A DNA stretch of 52,608 nucleotides, from positions 1-52,608 of the IMG/VR virus record IMGVR_UViG_3300020182_000048; one strand, 5' to 3'. This stretch comes from a virus (lineage: Duplodnaviria > Caudoviricetes). This document shows, in pieces, positions 33,889 through 43,868 of this stretch. Position numbers and translations under genes: made by a program. The notes beneath the pieces are model-generated. The model saw only the letters and a program-made list of their open reading frames with translations. It had not been told where the DNA came from and searched no databases. How positions within the stretch are numbered: position 1 is the first letter of the stretch; every line of letters starts with the position of its first letter.

Positions 33889-35097
33889 ATGCCGATACCT
33901 AATGGCGGTTTAATAACCGAAACTAATGAACAATATTACGCTGGAGCACAGCGATTTCTTATATCGAATCCTGCTGTTATAGGTGATTCGGTAACAACTA
34001 CATTTAACACGGATTTAACGTACGACTCTGTTAATGCTCAATTAACAAATTTTGTCGTGTATACAAGTGATACCGGCTTAGCGGGATCATACTCTGAGTT
34101 TGCTCCGGGATATACTGTAACAGGAAATACAATAACTTTTACGTCTACAAACGGCTTAAGGCCACACATTGCAATACAATTAAAATCTTTAGACGGAGGA
34201 AATTTTGGAAATGAAGATGCTCTTGGGGATACAGTGCAAGAAAATTACGGAAGTTACGCTTACACTTCTTTAAACGATGTTATTAACGGATTTATCGCAA
34301 CCTATGTTGGTGAGCATAAATTAATAGGTGATGTTAAAAGAACAGATGTAATATTTCACGCTAAAAGAGGATTGCAAGAATTCAGCTATGATACTTTAAA
34401 AAGCACAAAATCTCAGGAGATAACAATACCCCCGAGCCTAAGCGTTACAATACCACAAGATTACGTTAATTACGTTAGCTTGGCTTATATAGATCAATTA
34501 GGTGTAAGACACCCTATATATCCAGCAAACAATTTAACTAGCAGCCCATACGAGGTGCCATTGCAAGATGATGCAGGAGATTACACTATGGATAATATTG
34601 GTGATCTTTTGGAAGGTACGTCTATTACAAACGAAAGATGGGGAGAAGCTAATGACAGATTATTAAATGGTAATATAACATTCGAAGATTACTGGTCTTA
34701 CGGTAATTACTTAACAGGCAATCCATTTTACGGGCAAAGATACGGTAACGATCCACAAAATGCACAAAGAAATGGTTGGTTTAATATGAATGAAAGAGAC
34801 GGCGTTATAGCTTTTTCTTCTAATTTAAAAGACAGATTAATAATACTTGATTATATATCAGATGGATTAGCGTATGACTTGGATTCTAGGATACCTAAGA
34901 TGGCCGAGGATGCATTATATGCACACATACTATATTCTATATTAGCCGGAAGAATCAATCAACCAGAGTACGTTATACAGCGTTTAAAGCGAGACAGATC
35001 TGCTAAGCTAAGAAATGCTAAGATAAGATTATCTAACATTAAACTATCAGAGATAGTACAGGTAATGAGAGGTAAATCTAAATGGATAAAATCATAA
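33889..35097 (+). CDS. Tail ring / tubular protein
   Basis: TIPQDYVNYV, ILDYISDG, IPKMAEDALYAHI motifs. Confidence 0.7.
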   Translation: MPIPNGGLITETNEQYYAGAQRFLISNPAVIGDSVTTTFNTDLTYDSVNAQLTNFVVYTSDTGLAGSYSEFAPGYTVTGNTITFTSTNGLRPHIAIQLKSLDGGNFGNEDALGDTVQENYGSYAYTSLNDVINGFIATYVGEHKLIGDVKRTDVIFHAKRGLQEFSYDTLKSTKSQEITIPPSLSVTIPQDYVNYVSLAYIDQLGVRHPIYPANNLTSSPYEVPLQDDAGDYTMDNIGDLLEGTSITNERWGEANDRLLNGNITFEDYWSYGNYLTGNPFYGQRYGNDPQNAQRNGWFNMNERDGVIAFSSNLKDRLIILDYISDGLAYDLDSRIPKMAEDALYAHILYSILAGRINQPEYVIQRLKRDRSAKLRNAKIRLSNIKLSEIVQVMRGKSKWIKS

Positions 35098-35101
35098 TTT
35101 A

Positions 35102-38100
35102 ATGGCACAAGAAATCAAAAACACATTTCTAAAATCCAAGATGAATAAAGATCTTGATGATAGAATATTGCCTAACGGCGAATATAGAGATGCTCGGAAC
35201 ATATCAGTTGGTAGATCCGAAGATAATGACGTAGGTGCCTTAGAAAACATAATTGGTAACAACTTGGTTACCGGAACGGATATAGGCAATGGATTAACTA
35301 TCATAGGGATTGAGTCCGATGATTCTACTGATAGGTTATTTGTTTTCTTAACCGACTACGAAGATCCTAATATTTCCAGCCCTACTAATGCTCCTTTAGG
35401 CACAAGACATTACATATACTCTTACAACAATTCAACAAAACAATATACAAGATTAGTGCAAGGGGAATTTTTAAATTTCTCAACAACCAATAGAATAGTA
35501 GGCATAAACTTACTTGAAAACCTTTTGTTTTGGACAGACAACAGAAATCAACCTAGAAAGATTAACGTTAACCTAGCTGTAGCATTTGAGCCAGGACAAA
35601 TATCCACAGGAGTGGATTATTACACTCAGGAGCATCAGATATCTGTAGCTAAGTACAATCCGCACGGAGCTATTCATCTTTATAATAGAGTTGACTTGCA
35701 GGCAAACCTGGGGGCAACTACCACTGTATTACAAGTGGACGGGGACAGAAGCGCAGAGCTAATACAATATCTAGGAGCAACAGTCGTTTCTTCTGAAGCG
35801 TTTCCTCCTACTCAAGGAATAGACTATGTTAAAGTCGTAAGCGTAATTTCACCCTCAACGTCAGGACCTACATCTATAATTGTTTCGCCAGCACTAAACG
35901 CTGCACCTACTGAAGGGCAATATTTTTCGCTCATAAAATCAACAATGAGCAATAAAAATGGTGACGATCAATGGCCAGGGGATCCAGACTACTTAGAAGA
36001 TAAGTTTGTTAGGTTTAGCTATAGATTCAAGTTTGATGACAACGAGTACTCCTTAATGGCTCCTTTTACCCAGATAGCCTATATTCCAAAGCAGAATGGT
36101 TATTTTGTTAACGGAGACGAGGACTCTGCTTATAGATCTACCATAGTAGATTTTATGGAGAATCTTGTCCAAAACATCGGGCTAGTGATACCGCTACCGA
36201 CTTCCGCAAGCAGACTGGTGTCTGATTATAAAATTAGTTCATTAGAAATATTATTTAGAGAAAGCGACGGACTGGCTGTAAAAGTTTTAGACAGCGTTTC
36301 CGTAGGTGTTATATCAGGGGCTAGCGGCCTTGACAACCACTACACATACGAGTATCAATCAAGAAAGCCTTACAGAACACTTCCAGAGGCACAAACAGTA
36401 AGAGTTTATGACAAAGTACCTGTGAGAGCCTTAGCTCAAGAAACCTCAGGTAACAGAATTATATATGGTAACTTTAGAGATCAGCATACACCACCTGCAA
36501 ACCTAAACTACAACTGTAGAATATCTACAAAAAGCAATACAGGAGCCTATAACAACTGGATAGAGTATCCTAACCATTCTGTAAAAAGAAATAGAAATTA
36601 TCAAGTAGGATTTGTTTTAGCTGATAAGTTTGGTAGGCAATCGCCTGTTTTACTGTCTTCAGTGGATTTAGGAACAGAAGCTGACGGGGAATTTTATTCT
36701 GGGTCAACAATTTACAGTCCTTATGATTTGTCAGAAAATGACACGGATGTTGAAACTTGGTTTGGTGACGCCATCCAAGTTTTGGTTAATGAACCTATTG
36801 CTTCGCAGATAGACTTAGCCGCGGGAACGCCAGGGCTTTACGCTATAAAACAACAATATGCCCCTAATACGGGTGAAGGATTTGCAATTGCGGCGTGGAA
36901 CGGTACTTTTATAACTAATAGTCAATACACGTTTAGGCAAGACGGACCAAACGGAAGCGCTTACCCAAACAATCAAAACATACCTAGAGTAGGCGATTAC
37001 ATGCGCGGCGCATACACCGACTTTGTTAAGGTAACAGCTATAAGCGGGCCCACTGGACCTTCGCAATACACGGTTACTACTGACGGCCGAGTAAACGATG
37101 TCTACCTTAGAGCCAACAACATACCGAATAGCCAGCCCGATTTAAAATTCACGTACACTATAAATGATTTAGGGTGGTACAGCTACAAGATAGTTGTAAA
37201 GCAAACTGAGCAAGATTATTACAATGTTTATTTACCAGGTATTTTAAATGGGTATCCAGGGCAAAGTATAAACGGGACAGAAAATGGCCCTTTTCCAGGT
37301 AACGAACTTAACTTGACGGCGCATACCGTATTATTTAACGATAATATAAACAAAATACCTAGGGATTTAAAGGAAGTAGGAGAGCAAGACAAACAGTTTA
37401 GAAGCTCTGTAGCACTGTATGGAAGAGTTACCAACCTAATGAATATCACTAGCAGTAATGTAGATCCAGATCCAGGAAACAAACAATACTATGCTAGATT
37501 AGATTACACTGGAAAAAATGCCATAAGACATACAGCTACCACAATAGCAACCGCTTTTGAGCTGGACATGGCCTACGGAGAACTTTCTAAAGGAAGCGGC
37601 TCAGATCAAGGAGGAGAAGATGGCGTTAAGGTTTTTTATCAAATTGATTCTGACCCGTTAATAGCTAGAATATCTACTACAGAAAAGGGTATTGGATGGG
37701 ATGCAGAAAGAACAACTAACCCCGATGGCGGAGCAAATAACTGGAGCTGGAATATGCAACCTTTCTTAGCCGTGTACGAAACTGCTCCGGTAGAATCACT
37801 ATTAGATATATATTGGGAAACAACTTCAGAGGGATTGATAGTGGATTTAAACACCGAAATTGCGTCGAGCAATAATGCCGTAGCCGGATTTGAAAACCTT
37901 ACATGGGAATTCAGAGAAGATGTGATTCCAGATGAAGCTGTTACAGGCTGGTTTAGACCTATTAATAATGAAGGGCAGTCTTTTGTAGACGCACCAACTG
38001 GAGAGCTAGTTTCTGCAACAAACGGTTTGGATGCGGATGTTGACTTTTTTGAGCTTGTAGCGGGTGACGTGGGTAGTTCAGAAGAGGGCGAATTTCAAAT

Positions 38101-39826
38101 ACGATATACTGGGCCTGGGGTTGTTTTTCTTCAAGGAAGCAGCGGTTTAGATGTTTATGCATTTGTAATACGAATGAACGCGGGCGGGATAATTAGCAAC
38201 ATTCCATTAGGAGGAGAGCCTCAAGGCTTTGGAGCTTTAGAAAATGTAGCACCTAGCTTTAATCTTGTTAATGACATAGTAAAAACAAGAAGTGACGCGA
38301 CTCTAATACCTCCAGCAACTTTTGCCGGGTCTGCAAACGGTACAGGCTTAGGCGGGAGCGCAAGAAGTCAGCAATTAGTATACACTTTTTATGCAACCGG
38401 AGGCGGTGAAGTTCCTGACAACTGGACTATGAATCCAATTAATGGCGAAATGACACAAGCTGTTCCAGATGGAGGAGACTTTTTAGGAAACCCTTTTGGC
38501 GTTTATAATATAACCATACGATTAACAGATGCTAACGCGGAGACACCTACTAATACAACTTCTCCATATACTTCGCTTTTCTATGAACAAGAAGTTACTA
38601 TAAAAATAGATTTTCCAAAGGCTAATACAACCGTTTTATCAGACACTTGCTTATTAGCACCTAGTGGCAGCCCTTATCAATATCCTGAAGTAATTTACTC
38701 AGAAGGAGGAAACGGCACTACTGGGGGGTTTGACCCAACTAATAGAATATATTACATTGCCGCAGAAAACAACAGCCTTCAGGATTTTATAACAGACGGA
38801 GTTGATTTCCCTGATGGAGATGATCCCGATAATCAAGTTTTACCTACTTTTAGGATAGGCACAACACCACATTTAGACGGGACTATAGCGGCAACATTTA
38901 ATGCTTATGCTCCCGCCGGAAACCGAGCTCTTTGGTTTAAAGTACCTATCATAGATTATTACTACAGAATAGCAGGAGGAGACCCGGCTTGGATACAAAT
39001 ACCTAGAACTCTTGAGCAAAATAGAATTGGACAAACTATTACATCGCAGAGCACTACGCTTGCATTCCCTATAAAAGACTTGCCGAGACTAAGTGATTCT
39101 AGGGGATTATATAGTAATAGCTTTAGCCCTACTTACATACAGGCAATTAGAGCCTTTGATTATGACGATTTTAATACGCAAGAAGGCATAGAGTACGCTT
39201 TTGTAGTAAGAGACTTTCAACAAGTAAGAGGAGATAATAACCAGCCGGCTGGGCCTGGGGAACCTTTTAACCCCCCGCCATATCAGTTTGATAATCAAAT
39301 TAGAGGCTGGTTTCAGGTTGATGATTTGCATTACCCTTCGTGTGTTCCATGGCAAGGAGAAAATTTAGTTACCGCAAACGGGGGATTTGGCGAATATTTT
39401 AAATATATAAGATCAGTCGGAAATTTTACATCAAATACTTACGCTGATTTAACAGGTTCTTCAGATTTCATATACTCAAGAAATCCTTATGGGGATTATG
39501 TTAAGCAATTTTATACGGATATTACGGGACTAGATATATATAAGCCCGCTGCTGGAGCCCCTTATATAAACACTACCCTTGACACAAGCGTTTTATCGCC
39601 TGTTCCTGCTCAATGGGTAACACTGCTTCAGCCTCCATCACTCCCTAGCAGCGCGGGACAAGCTATTACATTGCAATGGGTTACAGGGTATAGTGCAGAC
39701 ACAGGGCTTAAAATAAACAATCCAGATTTAGTGCTGGGAGTTTCGTCTATACAGACTTCAAATGATATTGATTATGCTCCAAGCAACCCGGATAACAGGG
39801 GTACCGCGAGATACAAAGTAGACTAA
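35102..39826 (+). CDS. Tail stabilisation (muzzle/nozzle) protein, N-terminal part with long C-terminal extension
   Basis: MNKDLDDRILPNGEYRDARN, LFWTDNRNQPRKIN, RFSYRFKF, GNRIIYGNF, YQVGFVLADKFGR. Confidence 0.75.
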   Translation: MAQEIKNTFLKSKMNKDLDDRILPNGEYRDARNISVGRSEDNDVGALENIIGNNLVTGTDIGNGLTIIGIESDDSTDRLFVFLTDYEDPNISSPTNAPLGTRHYIYSYNNSTKQYTRLVQGEFLNFSTTNRIVGINLLENLLFWTDNRNQPRKINVNLAVAFEPGQISTGVDYYTQEHQISVAKYNPHGAIHLYNRVDLQANLGATTTVLQVDGDRSAELIQYLGATVVSSEAFPPTQGIDYVKVVSVISPSTSGPTSIIVSPALNAAPTEGQYFSLIKSTMSNKNGDDQWPGDPDYLEDKFVRFSYRFKFDDNEYSLMAPFTQIAYIPKQNGYFVNGDEDSAYRSTIVDFMENLVQNIGLVIPLPTSASRLVSDYKISSLEILFRESDGLAVKVLDSVSVGVISGASGLDNHYTYEYQSRKPYRTLPEAQTVRVYDKVPVRALAQETSGNRIIYGNFRDQHTPPANLNYNCRISTKSNTGAYNNWIEYPNHSVKRNRNYQVGFVLADKFGRQSPVLLSSVDLGTEADGEFYSGSTIYSPYDLSENDTDVETWFGDAIQVLVNEPIASQIDLAAGTPGLYAIKQQYAPNTGEGFAIAAWNGTFITNSQYTFRQDGPNGSAYPNNQNIPRVGDYMRGAYTDFVKVTAISGPTGPSQYTVTTDGRVNDVYLRANNIPNSQPDLKFTYTINDLGWYSYKIVVKQTEQDYYNVYLPGILNGYPGQSINGTENGPFPGNELNLTAHTVLFNDNINKIPRDLKEVGEQDKQFRSSVALYGRVTNLMNITSSNVDPDPGNKQYYARLDYTGKNAIRHTATTIATAFELDMAYGELSKGSGSDQGGEDGVKVFYQIDSDPLIARISTTEKGIGWDAERTTNPDGGANNWSWNMQPFLAVYETAPVESLLDIYWETTSEGLIVDLNTEIASSNNAVAGFENLTWEFREDVIPDEAVTGWFRPINNEGQSFVDAPTGELVSATNGLDADVDFFELVAGDVGSSEEGEFQIRYTGPGVVFLQGSSGLDVYAFVIRMNAGGIISNIPLGGEPQGFGALENVAPSFNLVNDIVKTRSDATLIPPATFAGSANGTGLGGSARSQQLVYTFYATGGGEVPDNWTMNPINGEMTQAVPDGGDFLGNPFGVYNITIRLTDANAETPTNTTSPYTSLFYEQEVTIKIDFPKANTTVLSDTCLLAPSGSPYQYPEVIYSEGGNGTTGGFDPTNRIYYIAAENNSLQDFITDGVDFPDGDDPDNQVLPTFRIGTTPHLDGTIAATFNAYAPAGNRALWFKVPIIDYYYRIAGGDPAWIQIPRTLEQNRIGQTITSQSTTLAFPIKDLPRLSDSRGLYSNSFSPTYIQAIRAFDYDDFNTQEGIEYAFVVRDFQQVRGDNNQPAGPGEPFNPPPYQFDNQIRGWFQVDDLHYPSCVPWQGENLVTANGGFGEYFKYIRSVGNFTSNTYADLTGSSDFIYSRNPYGDYVKQFYTDITGLDIYKPAAGAPYINTTLDTSVLSPVPAQWVTLLQPPSLPSSAGQAITLQWVTGYSADTGLKINNPDLVLGVSSIQTSNDIDYAPSNPDNRGTARYKVD

Positions 39827-39839
39827 ATAATAAACAATT

Positions 39840-41381
39840 ATGGCAGCAATAATAGAATTAAAATACTTTAATACTTTTTGGTTAAAAAAGCTTAAAGACG
39901 TAACGGATATTGTGCCGGAGTCTAATACAAGTATCACCTATGTTAGTAACGTTGGAAAGACATTTCAAACTGGCGGAGGTTTAAATACAGGAATTGGGGT
40001 AGGCCAGCAAGTTACAATACAAGACGGAGCAAATACTTACCGTAGCTACGTAAGTTTTATAAATAGTGATATAGAATTTGTAGCCGGTGATACCCCTGAT
40101 TTTGTTATAACACCATCGACTTCTATATCTTTTGGCAAGATAATTAATTTTGATCGCATTCCTATAGCTTATACTCCCGGGAATAACGCTACGGATTGGC
40201 TGATAGAGGAGTCTAGGATTAGAGGCGGTTACAACAATGTTTCCGTAGACTTTGGAGTTAAAGCATATCTAGTAGAAGACGAGCCAAAGCAGTCACACAA
40301 GTTTAGCTCCTTAATTCATTCTGGTATATTTAATTCTAGAACGGGAGTTAATCAGACGAATCAATTTTCTGTAGGAGAAGACATAACAAGGACGGTTGAT
40401 CCCGCGAATGGCTCAATACAAAAGTTATATGCGGAAGACACTAACCTAATTATTTTCCAAGAAAATAAAGTGAGCAAGTCTTTAATAGACAAGGACGCAA
40501 TATACTCTGCCGAAGGCAATGCAAGTGTTACTAGTCGTAACTTAGTTATAGGACAGAACGTGGCATTTGCCGGGGAATACGGAATTAGCAAAGACCCTGA
40601 ATCATTTGCTGTAAATGGATACAGAAAGTATTTTACGGACAGAAATCAAAACGTAGTTTGTAGATTATCAATGGACGGAATAACTGTGATATCAGATTAT
40701 GGTATGACCGATTATTTTAGAGATAAGCTATCAACTGCTGCGCCTAATATAATAGGTGGATGGGACGCTCACAATAAACAATACACATTGTCGATGCCCA
40801 AAAGCGAAGACGGCTTTGATACTCTATCGTTTGACGAAAGATCCAAAGGATGGGTTAGCTTTTTTGACTACAAACCAGGCCAAATAATTAGCCTGAACAA
40901 TGAATATTTCACCACGCGCTTAGGTAAGATATATAAACATTACGTTTTTGCTGATAATACAACTACCAGAGGCGTATTTTACGGAGAAACGAAAAACTCT
41001 AGCGTAACCTTTGTGTTTAACGGAGCACCATCTATGGTTAAAAACTTTCAAACAATAAATTACGAGGGAGACACCGGGTGGAAAATGGATAGCTTTAAAA
41101 CGAACACGGACACAACCTTACCTATAACAAGCGCTGTTTTTGTTACTACATTGGAGCAAATGCAAAACTCGTTACTAATAAACAGGTTTAAGCGGAAGGA
41201 AGATAAATACTATGCGGATCTAGTTAACGGTACGCCCTCGCAAAACGGCGAGGTTGTATGGGGTAGCTCGTCATCAGGTGTAAAAGGATTCTTCGGAGAA
41301 GTAGCAATGTCAATAAATAACAGCGGCGCAGGCAAAAAAGAATTATTTGCTGTAAGCACAGGATTTGTACAATCATCATAA
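39840..41381 (+). CDS. Tail stabilisation protein, C-terminal (P22 gp10-like) part
   Basis: GSIQKLYA.DTNLIIFQE.KV, GEYGIS..PESFA, YFTD, GWVSF.DY.P. Confidence 0.75.
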   Translation: MAAIIELKYFNTFWLKKLKDVTDIVPESNTSITYVSNVGKTFQTGGGLNTGIGVGQQVTIQDGANTYRSYVSFINSDIEFVAGDTPDFVITPSTSISFGKIINFDRIPIAYTPGNNATDWLIEESRIRGGYNNVSVDFGVKAYLVEDEPKQSHKFSSLIHSGIFNSRTGVNQTNQFSVGEDITRTVDPANGSIQKLYAEDTNLIIFQENKVSKSLIDKDAIYSAEGNASVTSRNLVIGQNVAFAGEYGISKDPESFAVNGYRKYFTDRNQNVVCRLSMDGITVISDYGMTDYFRDKLSTAAPNIIGGWDAHNKQYTLSMPKSEDGFDTLSFDERSKGWVSFFDYKPGQIISLNNEYFTTRLGKIYKHYVFADNTTTRGVFYGETKNSSVTFVFNGAPSMVKNFQTINYEGDTGWKMDSFKTNTDTTLPITSAVFVTTLEQMQNSLLINRFKRKEDKYYADLVNGTPSQNGEVVWGSSSSGVKGFFGEVAMSINNSGAGKKELFAVSTGFVQSS

Positions 41382-41393
41382 AAAAATAAATAT

Positions 41394-42176
41394 ATGCCAG
41401 TACCAATATTAGCGGGAGCAGCGATAAGCATCCTCGGAAGTGTAGCGGGTGGTCTCATTGGAGGCAGAAGCGCTAGAAAGCAACAAGAGCAAGCTCAGCA
41501 AGAAAGAGATGCTTTAGATAGACAAATGAGAGCATTTGAGAATAACAGGCAGGCAATTACTAATCCTTATGCTGGCGTTACTTCAAACGCTGACATGATA
41601 GAAGAAATGCGAGGGGAGCTTAATAATCCATTTGCAAACCTAGGAGTTGCTACAAGCGCTGCGGAGATCCAGATGGAACAAACAGATATTGCCTTAGCAA
41701 ATACACTAGATGTGTTACAAGCGACGGGAGCGAGCGCCGGAGGTGCCACAGCGTTGGCTCAAGCAGCTAAGCAAAGCAAGAAAGAAGTTTCGGCTAACAT
41801 AGAGCAACAAGAAGCTGCTAATGAAAAGCTAAGAGCTCAAGGAGAGCAAGCATTACAGGCAAAAGAACTGCAGCTTACCCAAATGGAAATGAGTGAAGAA
41901 GCCAGGGTGCAAAACGCACAAGCTCAAGGAGCCGCCTTTATGTTTGGAGCTCAGGAAACAAGAGATATGGCAACCTTAGACAGACTACAAGGCCAGCAAT
42001 CTCAAGCTAGGCAGGATATGGCTAGTGCTAACATGGCCGGAGCTTCGGCAATGAGCGGTATGATTGGGGGCATAACGTCTACAATTGGTGGGGTGATGCA
42101 ATCAGGGGCCTTTGCAGAAGGAGGGTCATTGAATCCTTATAAGATAAACCCAGTAACAGGAGAGCCTGTTAAATAA
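41394..42176 (+). CDS. Internal virion / ejection protein
   Basis: Gly/Ala-rich hydrophobic termini flanking a Q/A-rich coil. Confidence 0.7.
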   Translation: MPVPILAGAAISILGSVAGGLIGGRSARKQQEQAQQERDALDRQMRAFENNRQAITNPYAGVTSNADMIEEMRGELNNPFANLGVATSAAEIQMEQTDIALANTLDVLQATGASAGGATALAQAAKQSKKEVSANIEQQEAANEKLRAQGEQALQAKELQLTQMEMSEEARVQNAQAQGAAFMFGAQETRDMATLDRLQGQQSQARQDMASANMAGASAMSGMIGGITSTIGGVMQSGAFAEGGSLNPYKINPVTGEPVK

Positions 42177-42186
42177 AACATAATAC

Positions 42187-43839
42187 ATGAGTTACAGAAA
42201 TCCAGTAATAGTAAAGGACGATTCCGGGTCTGTTCTAGGCCAGGCAATAGCACAAGGCGCAAAAAACATAGCGACAGGAATAGTCGGCATGGAAAAGCAA
42301 AACCAATTAGCGGCGGAAAAGGCTAGAAAAGAAGCAGAAAAAAGAAAGAAGGAAGACGAGATATACAACACGAGTATGGTCAAGCTTTCTAAAGATTACA
42401 ATGCCGATAAACAAAGAGCCGCAAAGCTAACCAAAGACCAGCTAACCGGAATAAAAGATCAGTTTGGTATTAATATGTCTGAAGTTATAGACGAGGGTTA
42501 CAGGCTAGAAAAGGCTTTTTTAGCAAATAGAACTGCGGCTAACCGCGAAGCCATGGAGAAGAACAGTGCGAAAAGAGCAGAGCTAAACGAGTGGATGCTT
42601 AATACAGGAGCCTTAGTCACCAACGCGGAAAAATGGGCAGCCCAAGCTGAATCTGATATAGAAATAAACAATTCCTATCCATCCATTGGGACCAAGGATA
42701 TGAAAGAAGACGGGGAGCTAGACGACGGAACAAACGCTAGGGAGCTTATAAAAGCTTTTCTAAACAAAGACGGGTACTCTTACGATTATGCAGATGGCAA
42801 ACTAAAAATAACCAGAGGTGAGGGTCAAGCAGATTTGTTTTTTAGCGGCACAGATTTAGCAACCGTAACAGCCCTTTTTAAACCAAGAAAAGAAACAGGC
42901 GTTGCGACAGTACAAAAAGGAGCTGAATCGGAGTTCTTATTAGACGGCAAAGTAAGGAACAACATGCTGGCTACCGATGGTACTGCTGAGCCCAACGCTA
43001 ATGGGGATGCTCCTGTTATACCGGCTACAAAGCAAATTATTGACGGCAAAGTGTATTACAGACAAACATTAAATACTACTAAAGTACAAGGAGTAGTGGA
43101 TTCTCAGGTGCGTATGATGGGAGATATGATTGGCGAAATGGGTACAGACGAAAAACGACGGTACCTTAAGGACTTTGATATATCTATGGATGACTGGAGC
43201 CGGCTAAAACAAGAAGGGCAAACTCCTGAGGAGCTTAAAGCAGCCCAAAGCGCATTGCTTGAAAAAAAGATAGAGGATGTTGCATTGCAGGCTATTAATG
43301 TAAAAAAAGAAGGAGATAACTATTATTATGACAAGCTTCACGGTAATGTGCCAAAACCAAGCCAAGGCAACGGAGTCGATCCAACACTTACTGGAAACGA
43401 TTATTATACCCAAGCCAATACTAACATAAGCACAGGGCTAACCCCTTACGCTGCTGAAACACCTACCTCAGACGGATATAAAGAAAGTGTTACTAATCAG
43501 CTAAACAAGTTGTTTAAATTTGACCAAGCCGGCAAAGGAAATTTTATGCAATATTACTTAGGGGGCAATAGCGATAAGTCACCAAGAGACTTTAGAGATT
43601 TAAAGTTTTTATACAGAAATAATAAGCTAGTATTGGAATCTAAAACAGGATCCGAAGCGGACCCGGACGGCTACGGCGCAGACAAAAAAGCTAAAGATAC
43701 CCCGATTACGAGCGCAATGAGACTCGTTAGCTTAATAAACGATCAAAACAAAACATCAATGTCTTATGAGCAAAAAGCAAAGCTCGCAAAATTAATTGAA
43801 GAAAAGCTAGGATCTAACTTTCTTACTGGGAAACTTTAA
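42187..43839 (+). CDS. Internal virion / ejection protein
   Basis: 550 aa, helical, between the small ejection protein and the giant protein. Confidence 0.6.
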   Translation: MSYRNPVIVKDDSGSVLGQAIAQGAKNIATGIVGMEKQNQLAAEKARKEAEKRKKEDEIYNTSMVKLSKDYNADKQRAAKLTKDQLTGIKDQFGINMSEVIDEGYRLEKAFLANRTAANREAMEKNSAKRAELNEWMLNTGALVTNAEKWAAQAESDIEINNSYPSIGTKDMKEDGELDDGTNARELIKAFLNKDGYSYDYADGKLKITRGEGQADLFFSGTDLATVTALFKPRKETGVATVQKGAESEFLLDGKVRNNMLATDGTAEPNANGDAPVIPATKQIIDGKVYYRQTLNTTKVQGVVDSQVRMMGDMIGEMGTDEKRRYLKDFDISMDDWSRLKQEGQTPEELKAAQSALLEKKIEDVALQAINVKKEGDNYYYDKLHGNVPKPSQGNGVDPTLTGNDYYTQANTNISTGLTPYAAETPTSDGYKESVTNQLNKLFKFDQAGKGNFMQYYLGGNSDKSPRDFRDLKFLYRNNKLVLESKTGSEADPDGYGADKKAKDTPITSAMRLVSLINDQNKTSMSYEQKAKLAKLIEEKLGSNFLTGKL

Positions 43840-43868
43840 AATTAAAAACAAATACAAAAAATCATATC

